DNA of 64,000 nucleotides from the NCBI RefSeq assembly GCF_009914755.1, contig NC_060929.1; one strand, written 5' to 3'. Positions within the stretch are counted from its first letter, which is position 1. Every line of letters starts with the position of its first letter. A program made the translations under genes and the position numbers. Positions 30,664-47,350 of the stretch are shown piece after piece. The notes under the pieces were generated by a model that saw only the letters and a program-made list of their open reading frames with translations, searched no databases and was not told the DNA's origin. The stretch comes from the human T2T-CHM13v2.0 reference genome, Homo sapiens.

Positions 30664-31747
30664 AAAGAGATTTCATCTTGGTATATGAAACATTCACTGC
30701 ACAATATGCAAACTTTTTGCCTGTCTGATGTTGACACTATATCATCCAAGACTATTCTTATGTCAATGTCCTTAAGACAGTTCAGGAAAAAAAGGATGTA
30801 GTACAGAAACATATGGAAAATTGTCTCACAGGATCCCACCTCATTTTATGCAATGCAGGTTCTAGGTTCCTTATTAGAAAGTGTATCTCCTTCTTCTCTT
30901 CTGACTGTATGTCATTCACCTAGACCATGAAGGGTTTATATTTGACCATTCCTCAAGTCAGAAATTGATCCTGACATAGGCATAACATTAAAAAGGCCAC
31001 TAATTCTCTCAACATACTACAGCCACATTGACCACCACAGCAATGTATGGCTGGACAGACCATAGGTTCCATAAGGCAATGGGAGGCCGAGGGTGAGACT
31101 ATTAGATAAGAAATTCAGTTTTCAAAGTATCTATTCAATCAGATTATCAAATACACTAGGAAGTATGTTTAATAAAACCAACATAATCATTCTCATGATA
31201 TTTAATACTTACTTCACTTTGACTCAGTATAAAGGTACCATGTAGATTTATTTCTTTTCCATTTCTTTTTATAATCTTGCATCAACTAAAAACCAATTAT
31301 GAAATTATGGTTTTTGTCCCCTACACAGTAATCTTTTCTCTTTAAGCTACTTAATTCACTGTTCTTCCAATTTTACGATTTAAATGGTGGGAAAGAGTGT
31401 GAGATGAAATTTTATTTTTCAAAGGTGTATTCTTTAATCTCTTTTCACCCTTCCTAACCTTTGCTCTTTCCTTTTCCCCTCTCTAAATGTCTGTAACAAC
31501 CTCTTTACTCTTAACCTGGAGCTCAGGCTGAGATATCCCGCCAAGAATATGCAAGCTCAGTGGAATGCCACTCCTCTTCCCACTCTAGACAGTGAATCTC
31601 CGACTTCGTCATTCATAGTGAGTTCTTAATCTTGCCTCAATGTGTCTGCTCGGAAACTCACCTATACTCAGCATGTGGCCACCCCAATCCTTAGGAAAAT
31701 TCAAAAGAACATGAATATTCTACCTCTAGAATCAATTTTATGACCTG

Positions 31748-31930
31748 GAACAACATTTCTTGAAATGGTAGTTCAGGGAAAAAAGCATTAGCCTCACCTG
31801 GAAGTTGGGATCACCGTCACAGTTTCTGATTTAGTAGGTCTGAGACTTTTCATTCATACTGTGATCAACATTCTGTGCTTTCAAAAGTCTCAAGATGATT
31901 CTGGGAACCAAAATTTGAGAACCCTTGCCC
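31748..31930. mobile_element. MER5-like hAT-Charlie DNA transposon relic
   Basis: agcattagcctcacctggaag ... gatgattctg ... aaaatttgagaacc. Confidence 0.5.
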
Positions 31931-32657
31931 TACAACAATTGCTTTAGTCTAGAAAAGAAAGCACCTCTGAATTAAAACTCACGGTTCATATATGAGAGAT
32001 TTGTTTATGCAATCACTTATTTTTACACATATATATCATATGCAGAATCACTGCAAAATATTATGCTATTTATGAGATTGTGGAGGATAGCTATAATCAC
32101 GATCTTGGCTAAATAAGGATTTAACCATGTAATGAGAGAGACAAATGAAGACAAGTGATACACAAAAGTAAATGAAAGGGAAGAAAGGAAGGAATTTTGC
32201 CGTGTGTGATGAATATAGATACAGTTACTCTAGAGGTTTCAAAATAGAGTATTACAACTCTGATGAATGTCAGCTTTGGTTTTCATTTCAGCAGGCAGCA
32301 TCCTAGGGGAAGGACAGCAGTGAAAACTCCTGGGTTGTGATGTTCCATCCTAGCAGTATGTTGATAATACAGAGTCCCACAGGAGTTGCCAAGAGAACAG
32401 ACCAGAAGAAGGAGGGGCTCTTTACTCCTTTCTAATAATCTCCAATTGATGATGGTAGCTTGCTTTGCATACAAATGTCTGCCCTTTCCCCAGTCCCTCT
32501 TGTAACAGTGCCTCCCCTGTGTAATCCTTAGTGTGACATCACAGAAGAAAAAGAAGAGGGAATTAAGACAAGGAGAGGAAACAGAAGAAGGAAAAGAAGT
32601 TATATAAAGTCAGATTCTAAAACTAAAGGAAACCAGAAATGTCTTCTTCTTTATTGA

Positions 32658-32830
32658 CAGGGTTAGCTTTAGAAATGTGCATCTTGCGTAGTTGCATAGG
32701 GCCTCGTGCTCCCAAAGGCCCCTTCTTGGTTTAATGCACTGAGATTGCATCCCAGAATTTCCTAAGATTTTTAACAAAGGGCTCCACGTTTTCATTTTGC
32801 ATTGGGGCACACCATTTTGTAGCCTATCTG
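32658..32830. mobile_element. MER45A-like hAT-Tip100 MITE
   Basis: cagggttagct...ggccccttcttggtttaatgc...ttttcattttgcattgggg...gtagcctatctg. Confidence 0.65.
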
Positions 32831-33099
32831 CTTATTCACTGGCTGATAATGCCAATGCAGTAGGATGGCTCCATGGACTAAAAAGGTCCTTCACAGGTGA
32901 ATGTTTGCACAGTAATCAATGTTGACATTTAACAGACAAACAACATTGATAAATCCATTTGTCATTAGTAAACAAGGACAATAATATGTACTTGACTCCT
33001 ATTAAGCTGGGCCTGCCTCTGTGTATCATTTGATCTCTAGTGTCAAGGCAGTGGCCTAAGGTTTCTATGAAATCAGCAGGTAAAATTGTGTTCTTTTAT

Positions 33100-33420
33100 G
33101 TATTCAGCTATTTATTCTCCAGCTATTTATTGAATAGCTACACTTTGCCAGATATTCTGCTTAGCACTGCGGATATAATGGAAATCAGTACCTCATTCAG
33201 TTCTCACCCTCACAAAGTTCACACTCTAGCAGGAGAAAAGAATCATTTAATCATATAAATGATTATATAATTGTACATCGTTATATGTGCCCTAAAGGAA
33301 GGCACTTGATTCTTTTGCAGCTGATGAAGGTCTTGACCTAAATGGGAACAACATAGAAAGGGAGAGGCTGAAAAGAGGGTCAGAGAAGTTTCCTTGATAA
33401 AATGAGGCTTAGGGTAAAAC
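33100..33420 (-). mobile_element. L2 fragment
   Basis: tatttattgaatagctacactttgccagatattctgcttagcactgcggatata. Confidence 0.6.
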
Positions 33421-35875
33421 GGGAAACACAGTAGAATGCCATTTGCCCCACTGACTTTTAGAAGAAATCATTTTGTGCATTGCCTGGTAACACTTGAATC
33501 CTACCCTCCTAACACCTAATTGGTCAAGAGATTTCACTGGTGCAAATATCTGTAACCACTACATGGTAGATAACCAAATTATCAGACATATCGTGCAAAC
33601 ACATACTCTTCTAGTTGTGGTAAAAGATCTTACTCATCCTGTAATACATTAGAAAAGAGCATAACAGACCCCGATTATTACAATGCACCAAAGGTTTTAT
33701 CTCCAAAGTCCCTGTGAAAGTACTTTAATCTCTGTCAGCTTTTTGTCCAATTTTTAGCACTAGCAAAATGAAATAAAAACAAAACTATTGAACTATATAT
33801 GTTTATTCTTTGGTATCAAACTATCTTTCAGGAAAACCATGGGGGAAAAATCTGTGTTTATAAACAGTTCATTTACACAAGGAATTATGCCATTGTTTCT
33901 TTAATTTTTATTCTTTTTTAATACCATGGTCTCTGCGTAAAAATACTCTTTGGCTGAAAAGTCACCAAGATTAATCAAGTATTTAATTTTTTTTAAACAT
34001 AATTTGATCTAGCTCACAGTTAAACTGAGACACAAAATAAATATTCTGATTTAGAAGCATTTTATTTTTAGATAAAAATTTATCTTAAATTTTATTACTT
34101 AATTGATGCAGTAACTATTCAACTAGATACAAGATTTCAAGCTAAGTATAGTTGCTTAACATTTTTCATTTCTTATCCTGACTCAATTAAAACAAATGAA
34201 TTAGAAGTCTTTACAAAAAATACACAATCAAAAGCAAAATTTGGGTGATTTGTCAAAATAATTAGCAATTCAAATACTGCCTTGTATAAAATGCTATATT
34301 AAAATTAAGAGCAAAATAAATCAAATCATAAGGATCACTTGTGAAAGTCCTGAGCTGGTTTCTGTAAAAATACTGTTCCAAAGGTAGCATTTTTTAAAGT
34401 GTGCATTTTATCAATTTTATTTTTTTAGTTGTCATCATTGTAGTATAGCAAAATTTTCTTTCTCCAAACTAAAAAGAAAATGACCAATATTTAAGAAAAG
34501 CAAGAGAACAGCATCATTTAACAAAATGAGTAAGTGATAAACATAGAATTCCAAACAGAGAGATAAATTTAAGATGCAAAACTATCAGTGACTTTTAATG
34601 TTAATGCTCATAACCATAAAACGTATAAATATGTTTGTACAGACATGATATTCAGAGCATTATAGCTATTAAAGTATGTTAAATATTATTACTATTATTA
34701 CATTTTTATTTCTCAAAAAAATTCCCTTCTGAATCTCCACCCTGAGCTGAACTTTCCTGCTCACATCTCCTTTCCTAGGCCTTTTAGACATATTTGCTAT
34801 TTTTGAATAAGTTCATGATTATGCTGATATTAATCCATTCGGCTCCCTACATCTTACACTAGGGGTGAGAGGAAAGATTAGCAAATAGAGATGATCTGAA
34901 TTCCAGAGGTAAGGTGCAGCGCCCTAGAAAATAGTGGGAAAGAACTGAGTTTGAATTGGAGGCACAGGATAGAGAGCTCTCTGAACTTGGGCTCATCACT
35001 GGAAACTTCTAGTCCTGGCTTGGCACAGGCGGTTGTCACCATAATCAGGGGCTACTTTTTTTTCATAAAACTAGCATGGAGAATAAGGTAGACTATACTA
35101 AAACAGGAGATTATGATCCTCTAACCCCCCCATTTGATCCTAAAGCCCCACATATATATTCTTAAGTGCCTCCATGTTTGTCTCAAGAATCTATATAATC
35201 TTTTAATTAACGTTCATTTTTTTCTAAATTTTCTTTAACAAGAAAATTATACACGAATAATTGACAAATAAAGCCATTGACAAAATAAAGAAATTAATAT
35301 GCAGCCAAACACAGATCAGAAAGCGAGAATGTTTATTGTTTCAGTAGTGTTGATACAGCAAGATGAATAATAGGTAATATGTGGATGTATTTAAATTCCG
35401 TACGATATATTGTCACACATAAATGGCTATGTAGTGTCATGAAGGGAAGTGAATGGCAGGTAATTATTACTAGAGCTTTGAAAATCTCTATCATGATGAT
35501 TACACTTTATCCTTTGTGTTCACCTTGATGCTTACAGTCTACAGTGCAGGCAAGATTGCTTGTGCCTTTTTGAAGCTGATCAGTAGAAAAAAACACTTAG
35601 ATGTTTATGTGCAATCCCTCAAAAATATAATGTTGAACCAAAAGTTAAGTAACAATCAGGTTAAATTTAAGACAATACAGAGGGAATGAATTCAGATAAT
35701 TACTTGAATGAGTGTTAACACTTTTCAATTAGAAGGCATTGATGTACAATACTCTTAGTAGGAAATGTTTGCATTTCATTTGTTTAACTCAGCCCCTCTT
35801 CCCCATACATACTTTGAAATATTTGTCAAGAGCTTAATCTAGTGTAAAGCTATTTTGCTATTGTGTTTTCTTATA

Positions 35876-36002
35876 TTTTTTTTTAGCGATGAGGGTCTCG
35901 CTATATTGCCCAGGCTGATATTGAACCCCTGGCCCCAACCAGTCCTACCACCTCAGCCTTCCAAAGTGATGAGATTACAGGTGTGAGCCACTATGCCTGG
36001 CC
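35876..36002 (-). mobile_element. FLAM (free left Alu monomer)
   Basis: T-run, gggtctcgctatattgcccaggctg...gagccactatgcctggcc; single arm. Confidence 0.85.
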
Positions 36003-36504
36003 AGTTTTCTTTTTATATAAAAAAATGTAAATTTCTTCTGGCTCTAAACTTTCAGTATAATATTTATTTTTTTTTTTCTTTACTTAACCTATCCGTCCTT
36101 GTGTGAATATGGAAGATGTGGTTTGCAGACAGACTGCTATACTAAGAAACATATGACATAAAATATTTTACCACACCTGTTTTACTTCTGTTCTTATATT
36201 TAAACAAAATCACAAATATTTTGAGTACTATTTACTGTTTACAATATTGAATCTACTATCCCTGGTCACAAATATGTTTTAGTTATTAAATACACCTGAC
36301 ATTTCTTCACTGTGCAAATATTTCTTTAATACCTCCTAGATCTCAAGCACCATTATAGGTCTTGGGTATGCATCAGTAAACACAACATACAAAGACTCTG
36401 TTCTTGAGAAAATTGCCTTTGACTGAGGAGAGACAGACAGCAACCAAAGAAGCATATAATAAAACAGATGGTGATATCAGCTATACGTAAAAATGAAGCA
36501 GGGG

Positions 36505-37378
<874 letters not shown>

Positions 37379-39974
37379 AGGAGATCAGTAGAGAATGGTA
37401 GGTATATGCCACTTTGTGTCACATGGTCAGGGAAGGAGTCCTTGGTGAGGTGATGCTTGAGCAGAACTGAATGAAGTGACGAAGTCAGCCACCTGCATAC
37501 ACATGCGAAGAGCCTTATGGGCAGAGGAAGCAGCAGATGAAAATGTCCTCAGACAGAAATATGCTCAGTTGTTTGGGAAATAGCAAGGAGAACATAATGA
37601 CTGAAAATCAGTAAATCAGTGACAGAGAATTAGGCAATGAGATGAGTGCCAGCATCAAGAAGCCAGACATTCTGGGGCCTGATATGTCCTGGCAGTTTAT
37701 TCTGATTGAGATGGGAAGCTCTTGGAGGTCTGGGGGAGAGGAAACACACCATTTGAAAAGGATCATTTTGGTTACCCAGTGGAGATCAGACTATAGGAAA
37801 GGCAGGAGTAGGAGTGAGCAATCTGAAGATCAAATAAGAGGTTTGTCCAAATAGAAGATGGCATCTTGGATGAGTTGATGAAAAATAGATAGATATATTT
37901 TGGAGCTAGATGTAATAAGATTTGCTAATGGATTAGACATTAGTGTTAGAGGAAAAAAGGGGAGAATAATTGCAACTGCAAAATAGAGTTGCCCTACTGA
38001 GATCACAACAAAGGATGGAATTAATTTGGGGACAATCAAAATATTTGCAAAGGTTTCTTTTAGGACTTTAAAACATTTCATATTTTTCCATACTGCACAT
38101 ATGTTGAATTTATCTGTCTTTTACCCTACCTCCAACAGTGCACATGACTATTGCATTAATTCACATACTCCACAATGCTACCTTAGAAGAGGCCATCATT
38201 ATTTTCATGCTTAAATAGCCACGGCTGTGCTGTTCACTCAGAAAATTGTATCTTCAGAGTTTTCTGCCTGTCTTCCTAACCACTTTGCAAACTAAAGATT
38301 TTTCACTTGAGTACTTTCTAGTCAACGTTTTTTTTTTTGGCTAAAACATAATTTGAAAATCTAAATAAGAATGATATTTGAAGGTATATGCAAATTCATT
38401 GAGATGAGAAACTTCTGCGCTTGGATTCTTCTTAGCAATGGTAGTTGGTTCCTAGGTAATGTTATGTGGGGATGAGCAATTTTGGCTTGTTAGATGGTAG
38501 GTTTTGAACATTAAGCATGACTACTATAATTTGCATTATTTAAAAATGTCAACTTTATATATTAGATATACACCATACTAGGATTGAGGCTTAAGTTTGC
38601 ACATTTAACATTAAATTAAAAAGTAAGTTAGAATAAAATCAAAGATAATTTAAATCTAAACAAAATATTTACAGCAATTGCCACTTTGTTGAAAAGTAAA
38701 TCTAATAATAAACTATCTCTCAACTATACAAAGTAGCCATACATAAATATAAAATTTTAAATTGTATATAAAATAATTAGCTTAATATAACTGAAATGTT
38801 CATGTCTCATATTTTATTACAGCAAAGTAGTATTTTTAACATTTACTGATAAACTCCCATTAAATCACCTACTGTAAAAATAATTTTAATATAATTATTT
38901 AGATTATATATTTTATAGATTATTACCAAATACCAGAAGTATTATCAAGGGTTTATGAATTCTTTATCCTTCTTGTTTTATTACTATTTTTGGTTTATAA
39001 ATTCGTAAAGGACAAATAATATTATTTGTCTGGGCATTAGCGTTCTACAAGCTAATTTATGTTTTTATATGATTCATTGTGTTAATCTTAACTTTTGATG
39101 ATATCACGAATCCATACCTAGGTAAATTTTTCTAAGCATGTCGTATGGAGAATGCCATATAGATGAAAAACAAAGACTGTTTTTTAAATGTAAAATAGTT
39201 AATAAATGTTAGTACAAGCCAAGTTATGACCTAATTACTGAATTAATAATATAATAACAAGATATACTTACTAATTGTCTAAGCATAAAAATATAATTTA
39301 TTCCAGAAATATACCTCATTCTATTTCACAAAAATATGGATATTTTACAAAATTTCGATATTTTTTATAATAATAGTATTAAATTATAATCTTGTTCATG
39401 TATTGAAATTATCTAAAAATCTGATGCAGAATAGCTCCTTTTAATGTCATTTAAAAAATTAATGTGTGATATGGTCAGTAGCCAAGCAGAGGAGACTGTA
39501 GCATTACTTGTGTTAAGATCATCATTTATCAACAAAATTTTTTCTTTTCCTAGTACATAAAATTTAGAGATGTCAAGATAAAAATGTGCAGTTTTGCTTT
39601 CCAAATATTTAGTTAACATAATAATTTAATTATGTATAAGTCTTATTTTTCCTCAACAAAAGAAATCAGAGAATTACTAATTTTAATTTATTCCATACAT
39701 TTGTTACAAGGCATTTAGTTATAGGTGAAATCATGTGTTTTGTAACTTAGTATTTGTCCATCACTTTAACTTAACAAAATTTTTCTGATGTATTATAATA
39801 AGCATTTGAGAAAAGACTACTTCTGATATTCAACAGTGTTCTCTGATTCCTGCTTTATTTTCCTTTCATTTTCAGTCTGTGACTATATTGTGTAACCTTT
39901 GCAACATATTGATTGTTAACTAACTCATTAAATCATACCTTAGGTCTGTTTGGAACCCTGAAAATAAAGTTCTT

Positions 39975-40371
<397 letters not shown>

Positions 40372-41511
40372 TTAAGCAAAATTGGGATCCTTGTCAAACA
40401 ACTGCATAGGTAGACATTCATTTATTCTTGCTCATGCTGTCACAGGATGAGAAGCACACTTAATCTCATATCTTTTGGAGTCTAAGGCACTTTCTAACTG
40501 CAGTTGTGTTGTGTGTTGAAAGTAGAGGATTAAATTTTTGAGAACACCTTTGTGTAGAGTCCTTTGAGTGATGCTCATTGATATCCTTTGGAGATTCTGC
40601 AGTTTTTCCTTTCTCTTTTTCTTTTTCTTTCTTTCCTTCTTTTTTTTTTGTGAAAGACTAAAACATACTTTAGTGATCTATTTTTACATTTCCATTTACA
40701 CTCTCTTATCCCATTCACCAAATTTAAGAAAACAAATATTCCCATTTTCAGAATTACTTTCCAAGGGTAAGGTACAGATCTGTGGGTGATGGATGGAATT
40801 AAGAGTGCAGTGGAAATAAACCAGTGACCTTAGCTATTTTGTTTTGATTTACTGTGACCTCACCAATTGAGAAACCAGTTTTTAGTACAATGTAGAATTA
40901 TTGTGACTTTGCTGGCTGTAACTTATTTGACAAAGGTTAAGGCACATGGGCCAATGTAGCCTAGAAAGAAGCTTTCATCACAATAATTTTTTCCCTGAAC
41001 TAGAGTTCTAAAGTATTATTCTTTTTTGTCCAGTCCATGTTTCAATTCCCAAAAGATATTTTTATCTCCTTATCTACAAAAAGCACAGTAGAACACAGAA
41101 TAATAAGTCCATTAGGAGCTAAAATGATGCAGAGTTTTAGTTTAAGGTAATATACATATTTCAAAGAACAAACAAACAACAACAAAAGCAAATGAGGACT
41201 TTAGGAGGCCAGTAGCCTTTATTTTTCATCTGTAAACTCGAAACCAGCAGAGGGTTTTTGTTTTCAGTTCCTTTACTTTCATGGCTTCCCTAAAAAACCA
41301 TTTACGAGCTTTCTCCTCTCTCTCCCCAAATCTAAGTTCTGGAAGGTTCTAACATGTGGTACTGAATGACCTTAGGAGGTAAATGAAGGCCTTTAGGAGA
41401 TGATTAGCCCAAGCTTTAAAGGCTCGGGATGTTTGCTTTTGTTTGTTTGTTTTTGTTTGTTTGTTTTGCCTATGTTTCCACTTTAAAAATCCACAAGGAG
41501 TTGGGAATTAA

Positions 41512-41850
<339 letters not shown>

Positions 41851-42814
41851 TAGCAGAACTATATTCAAGCATAGAGCTATTACCAGACATTTTGTCTACT
41901 CAATGTTATTGTCAGTATAAAAGTACTTTTGTAGTTTTGAAGTGTTCATATTACTAAAAATCTTAAAATAACTTGTTTCCAATAAAATTCCAACACGGGC
42001 AGTTTGAATAATGCTCCATATGCATGCCTTCAGGAAGAACTTCTTCTAAGATCATTTCTTCCAAATATTGTTTCAATTATAGAACATTACATGACAAAAT
42101 TCAGCTATAAATTGAACACCATCTGACAATATCTTTTATTTTTTCCTCTCATTTACATTTTCATTACTGGTCAATTATAAATGTAAAACTGCCAAATAAT
42201 CACTCACTCTGTGAATGACATTTTTAGGAGAATGAAAGAGAATATATAAAATAACACAGTATGTATGAAATTTAATGCAATATAGAGCTGTGTTTCGCTG
42301 CTTTAAAAATACCAGCTTTGTTATCTGTGGCCGTATCAACAAAACTACTTAAATTTCTTTTTAAATGAAGTCAACTTGTTTTTAAAATGCTAAATAGTAT
42401 TTTTGATGGTTTTTGGAAAAAAAAATCCATTGATTTTTTTTAGTCCTGAGTTAAGCGAATTTTGATTTAATATAGACACTGGATCTAGTCAGAGAAAACA
42501 GCATGGTTCCATTTAGAAAGGGATACTGCAAATGAAATATTTATACGTATCTTTGGTGCTTAATTGATAGTAATTAAACTGAGATATATTTATTTCAGAG
42601 GAAATATATTAATCTCAAGATATTTGCTGAGTTAAAATGGCAAAGTCCTGTATGTTTTTCACTTTTTCCCCCTCATCTTGGTGACAATGCAAGTGATATA
42701 ATGGTGGTTACTGGAATTTATCTTGCTGATGGGAAAACAGATACAATATTTTGTCATATTTCATTAGAGAATGTGTGCAGTAGTTCTCGTATTAGCATTA
42801 TTGTGTTGTCGTGC

Positions 42815-42900
42815 AGTGGCTGTGTGACATGGTGCAAATGACTTAAACTCTTTCCACCTCCATTTTCTCATGTGTAAAATGGAGGGAAAAATAATCCTGT
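42815..42900 (+). mobile_element. MIR fragment
   Basis: ggctgtgtgacat...gacttaaactct...cctccattttctcatgtgtaaaatgg. Confidence 0.6.
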
Positions 42901-43143
42901 TTCTTTTAGCATTACTTTCAGTAGATACTATTAACATTTAAATATTCCAATAAACTAAAAATGCATTTGAAATTTTTTTAAATTTTCTTGGAATGAACCA
43001 GGTAATCTTCCTAAATAATGCAAAACATTGTTGCTTTCATCATGTGCTTGCTAATCTGGCCCAGATTTTCTGAAAATCAATGGGTTCCATAGAATGTGGT
43101 AACACCTTTCTTTTATTTTGGCTTACTTAAAAATATCATTTTT

Positions 43144-43436
43144 GGCCAGGTTTGATGGCTCATGTCTGTAATTCTAGCACTTTGGGAGGCCAAGGCGGGC
43201 AGATCACTTGAGGCCAAAAGTTCAAGGCAAGCCTGGCAAACATGCTGAGACCCTGTTATTACTAAACGTACAAAAATTAGCCAGGCATGGTGGTGCACAC
43301 CTGTAGCCCCAGCTACTCAGGAGGCTGAGGCATGATATTCCCTTGAACCGGGAGGTGGAGGTTATAGTAAACCAAGATTATGCCACTGCACTGCAGCCTG
43401 AGTGACACAGCAAGACTGTCTCAAACAACAAAAAAA
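43144..43436 (+). mobile_element. Old Alu (AluJb/Sz-like)
   Basis: Diverged full dimer; TSD aaaatatcattttt / aaaaaatcattttt. Confidence 0.92.
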
Positions 43437-44199
43437 TCATTTTTATTTCAAAAAGTCTTGAAAACAAAAACTAGCGTATTATCTTTGAAAATACACAGAT
43501 TTTTTTATTTCTGATTTTTAAAATGACTATAAATATTAGCTACCAGTAAACCAAACATAGCTTCAATCTATTGAAAATGAGTTATTATTAGTTTTAGAAT
43601 AATTTTAAATTAGTTTCATATTCTGAAGGACATGTAGATCTATTTGAAATGTTATATATTCCCTTTCAATAAATTCGATTATTTAATCAAAAGATAGCCA
43701 TAAAACTTTTTCTTAGAGTTCTCATAAGGAAAAGCCTTGAAATATATAAAATGAAATTATTTGTATTAATAAATACTATATACATATGTATTTCCTTGAA
43801 AACTAATTTGTGTGTATACTTATTTATGTATTAATTTATGATTACATATTTATATGAGCACATGTAATTTTAAAAAATAGTTTGTAGTTATTTTGCTTCC
43901 AAGGAAGGAGCTAATTTGGTTGGATGATTATCATTATAAGATAACTATAAGAGAAGCTTCCCATATAGTGGTTCCACTGGGACGCAAGACTAAAAAAGAT
44001 GAGCATTAGCTAAATAGTTCTGCATAAAGAAAATAAAGTGGAGGTAGAGGCCCATTTAAACCTCTCTGGAGGAAGTCTCCCTAGACTGAGCTGGTCTGAA
44101 GTAGATGTCAAATGGGATTTTGGATGAGGAATGCTGTCATGTAGTAAGAGAACTCTATCCTCAGTATATTTAACAACACATTAAATCAACATTGGTCAG

Positions 44200-44613
44200 T
44201 GATATAGTTTGTATGGTCACCCTATCCAAATCTCATGTTAAAATGCGATCCTTAGTGTTGAAGATGGGGCCAGGTAGAAGGTGTTTTGGTCATGGGGGTG
44301 GATCCCTCATGAATGGCTTTGTGCCTTTCCCACAGTAATAAGTGAATTCTCACTCCACTCATTCACATGAGGGCTGGTTGTTTAAAAGAGCCTGGAACTT
44401 CCTCCTCTCTTTCTTGCTCCCTTTCTCAGCATGTGATATGCCTGCTCCACCTTCACCTTACACCATGATTGTAAGCTCCCTCAGGCCTCACCAGAAGCGG
44501 ATGCTAGCATCACACTTGTACAGTCTGCAGACTGTGAGCCAAAATAAACCTCTTTTCTTTATAAACTATCCAGTTTCAGACATTTCTTTATAGCAATGCA
44601 AAATGGACTAATA
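44200..44613 (+). mobile_element. MSTB-like MaLR solo LTR
   Basis: tgatatagtttg...aaataaacctcttttctttataaa...ggactaata; 5-bp TSD GTCAG at 44195 and 44614. Confidence 0.88.
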
Positions 44614-44857
44614 GTCAGTAATGTCATGTAGAATGGGATTTGTATTTAGAATACACTAAGATGTATGCTACAGTGTTGTTTTAAGACAGAAATAAAAGTT
44701 TTTGAGAGTAAAGACAATCATACGTGACTGTCAACATGTGAGTGTATGTGTGAGCATTTGTGTGTGTGTTTGAGGGTCTGTGTGTTTCCCATGTAGTTCA
44801 AAATCAGAGAGTACATTTATAAGAACTGAAATAACTTATGAAACCTAGTTTTTTACA

Positions 44858-45188
44858 CATATGGTAAGCATTCCATATCTGTGGGTTCTGTGTCATTGAT
44901 TCACTAACTCTGGATTAAAATCATTCAGAAAAATATCAACATAGTTTCAAAAAGCAAGACTTCAATTTACTGCATGCAGAGTACTACATTGAATTCACAT
45001 GAATAAAATGATGTAGGCATGTCATAGGAATACTAAGTAATATAGAGATTATTTAAAATATAGAGGAGAATGTGTGTAGGTTATATTCAAATACTATATT
45101 ATTTTATTTAAGAGACTTGAGTATCCCCCAATTTTGGTATATATGGGAGTTCTGAAAAAAATCTGCCACAGATACTAAGAGACAACTG
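44858..45188. mobile_element. Tigger3/MER2-like TcMar MITE
   Basis: ccatatctgtgggttctg ... gacttgagtatcccccaattttggtat ... cagatactaagagacaactg-TA. Confidence 0.75.
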
Positions 45189-45719
45189 TATGTATCAAAA
45201 TTCATAATTCACAGAAATGTTTATTAAATTACTTTTTATCTCCTTTTTATGAACTGCCTGCATTTTCTGTAGTTTCTCTCATATGCACTCATTGCCCTCT
45301 GAACCTACATCTACCCAAAAATATCTCCCAAATCCTTTAGCTGAGAGTACTAATAATGTATTCTTTTCTTTTTTCTTATTCATTATGTAAACTTTATATG
45401 TTTGTCTTTTCATCTTAACTTGGGCCATTCCAAGTCCAAAAAAATTATCTTTGTATCATCTACACTAGTGATTGGCAGTTTTAGGCACGCATATACCCTG
45501 AGAAACAATCAAATAACAGTCTTGATTTTCCTTTGATCACTTCAGCAGCAAAGGAGTATCTTTAACTCTAACGGAGCAGAAAAATAAGATATTCTTCAAC
45601 ACCACACATCGTGGCCATTTCGGCATTCAGCTTTTTGCCTGTTCATGCTTCGCAACCTGCTCATTTTTTGAGTTATTTTTTTCTATGAAAGGCCCATTAA
45701 GTGTTAGGAAGAATAAGGC

Positions 45720-45900
45720 AATGGATAAAAGATTGGATCCTGCAGTCAAAATTCCAGACTCCAAATATTGGCTTTGCCATCAACCAGTTGCGGCAGTCTC
45801 TCGGCAACTCATTTTTCTTCTCTGCAAGATGGGATAAAAATAGTTCCTACTTCGTAGCTAGGTTTTGATAATTAAATGACATAATTTCTACACAGGAACA
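45720..45900 (+). mobile_element. MIR fragment
   Basis: ggctttgccat...ttcttctctgcaagatgggataaaaatagttcctacttcgtag...attaaatga. Confidence 0.55.
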
Positions 45901-47350
45901 AGGTAGTTAATTGATAAAAAAGGAAACTATGTAACTTCATTTTCACTATATACACAAAACATGAAAATTACCTGTATTACAGAACCAAGGATTAAAAACT
46001 CAGCAGATGTGTAATGAGTTTTAAATAATTACAATATTTAAATTATAAATTATTTAAATCCCTTATTTTCTTCTATTGTTAATAACAGCAACATTTATTT
46101 TTTTTTTATTTTTCAAATGTAAATTTAGGTATATATAGCCCATAGAATAATAGCAAAAGGGAAAATGACATTTTAATATATGATTTCCCACCTATACCAT
46201 AGTATCATGGGGCATGCCTCAATAACTTAACAGGTGGGGATAATATTTATCGTCATCCTTCTCTTCCTCCTTAGAAAAACAGAGGAACTATGAGTTTAGA
46301 GGAAGTAAAAAAATGAAATCAAAATCTAAAAAGGCAAATAAACCCAGCCAATTTTTTCATATTCAGATACAAAATACACTTTTTCTGCTTGGGATTAAAA
46401 AGAAAATACAAAAAAAAGTTTCTACATTTAACAACTTCAAATTAAAGCTTGTCCTAATTCTACCAATTATTCCAAACATATATTTTAGCAATTAAAAGTG
46501 CATTGATCAAAACCTAGTGTTTCTCCTTGCATTTTTTATTTAGTTATATTCTGAATTTACGTAAACCTCTGTTTTTGGTTAGAATTCATATAGTTAAATA
46601 TGCACTAATTCAAAAAATGTAATTTCATTGTCCTATTACAATAATAACAAACATGTCCATTAAAAAAATCTGTTTTTTTCTTTCCATAATCATCAAGATA
46701 TGGCCTACAAATTTTTCCAGATTTGTTTTCACCTAAAAAAGATCAGAAGATGGCTTCTGAGAAGAGAGAGGTATGGTAAAATACAGGAGGATATGATGAC
46801 AACTTAACTTAATCAAATGAATATTTTCAACTTCTTATCTAAATCATAAGCTGAATTTAATATGGTGTTTGTACAAATTATTTCACAGTTTTCAGACGCT
46901 GGAAAGTCAGTGTCTAGGGCGAGAATGTGTAGTATATAAGGGTATTTATTATGGTAAGCTAAATAAAGCACCATCCCATTTATCTTTGATCATAATCTAA
47001 TTATTGTAATTGTTTCAAGGATCCACAGTTTAAAAGGTTTGTATAATAATTATTTTTTGGAAAAAAAGATTTGGTTTTAATTTTTCCCCAAGGGAAAATT
47101 TCTATATTTTCCAGTGCTAACTCTTCTGTTTAGTAGAAGACAGGCATTTTATCCAGATAGTTGAGGCAAAGCACAAAACTGATAAAGCTTGTTATCATTT
47201 CAAATTAAATTTGAAGTTTTGGAAATTCGATTTCTCACCAGCCTACTCATTTCACATTGAATTTTTTAGCCACAGTGGTGTACTCAATTTGATACCTTTT
47301 GCATGTCTTAAAATGTCTATGCAACCTTCATTATGGATATCAGTGATGTA

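Larger units (their letters stand above)
29511..30840 (-). mobile_element. Old LTR (MER68/MER77-like), split by younger insertions
   Basis: catggatgctgacagaagatatgagacttctgagt resembles this group; family and ends uncertain. Confidence 0.35.
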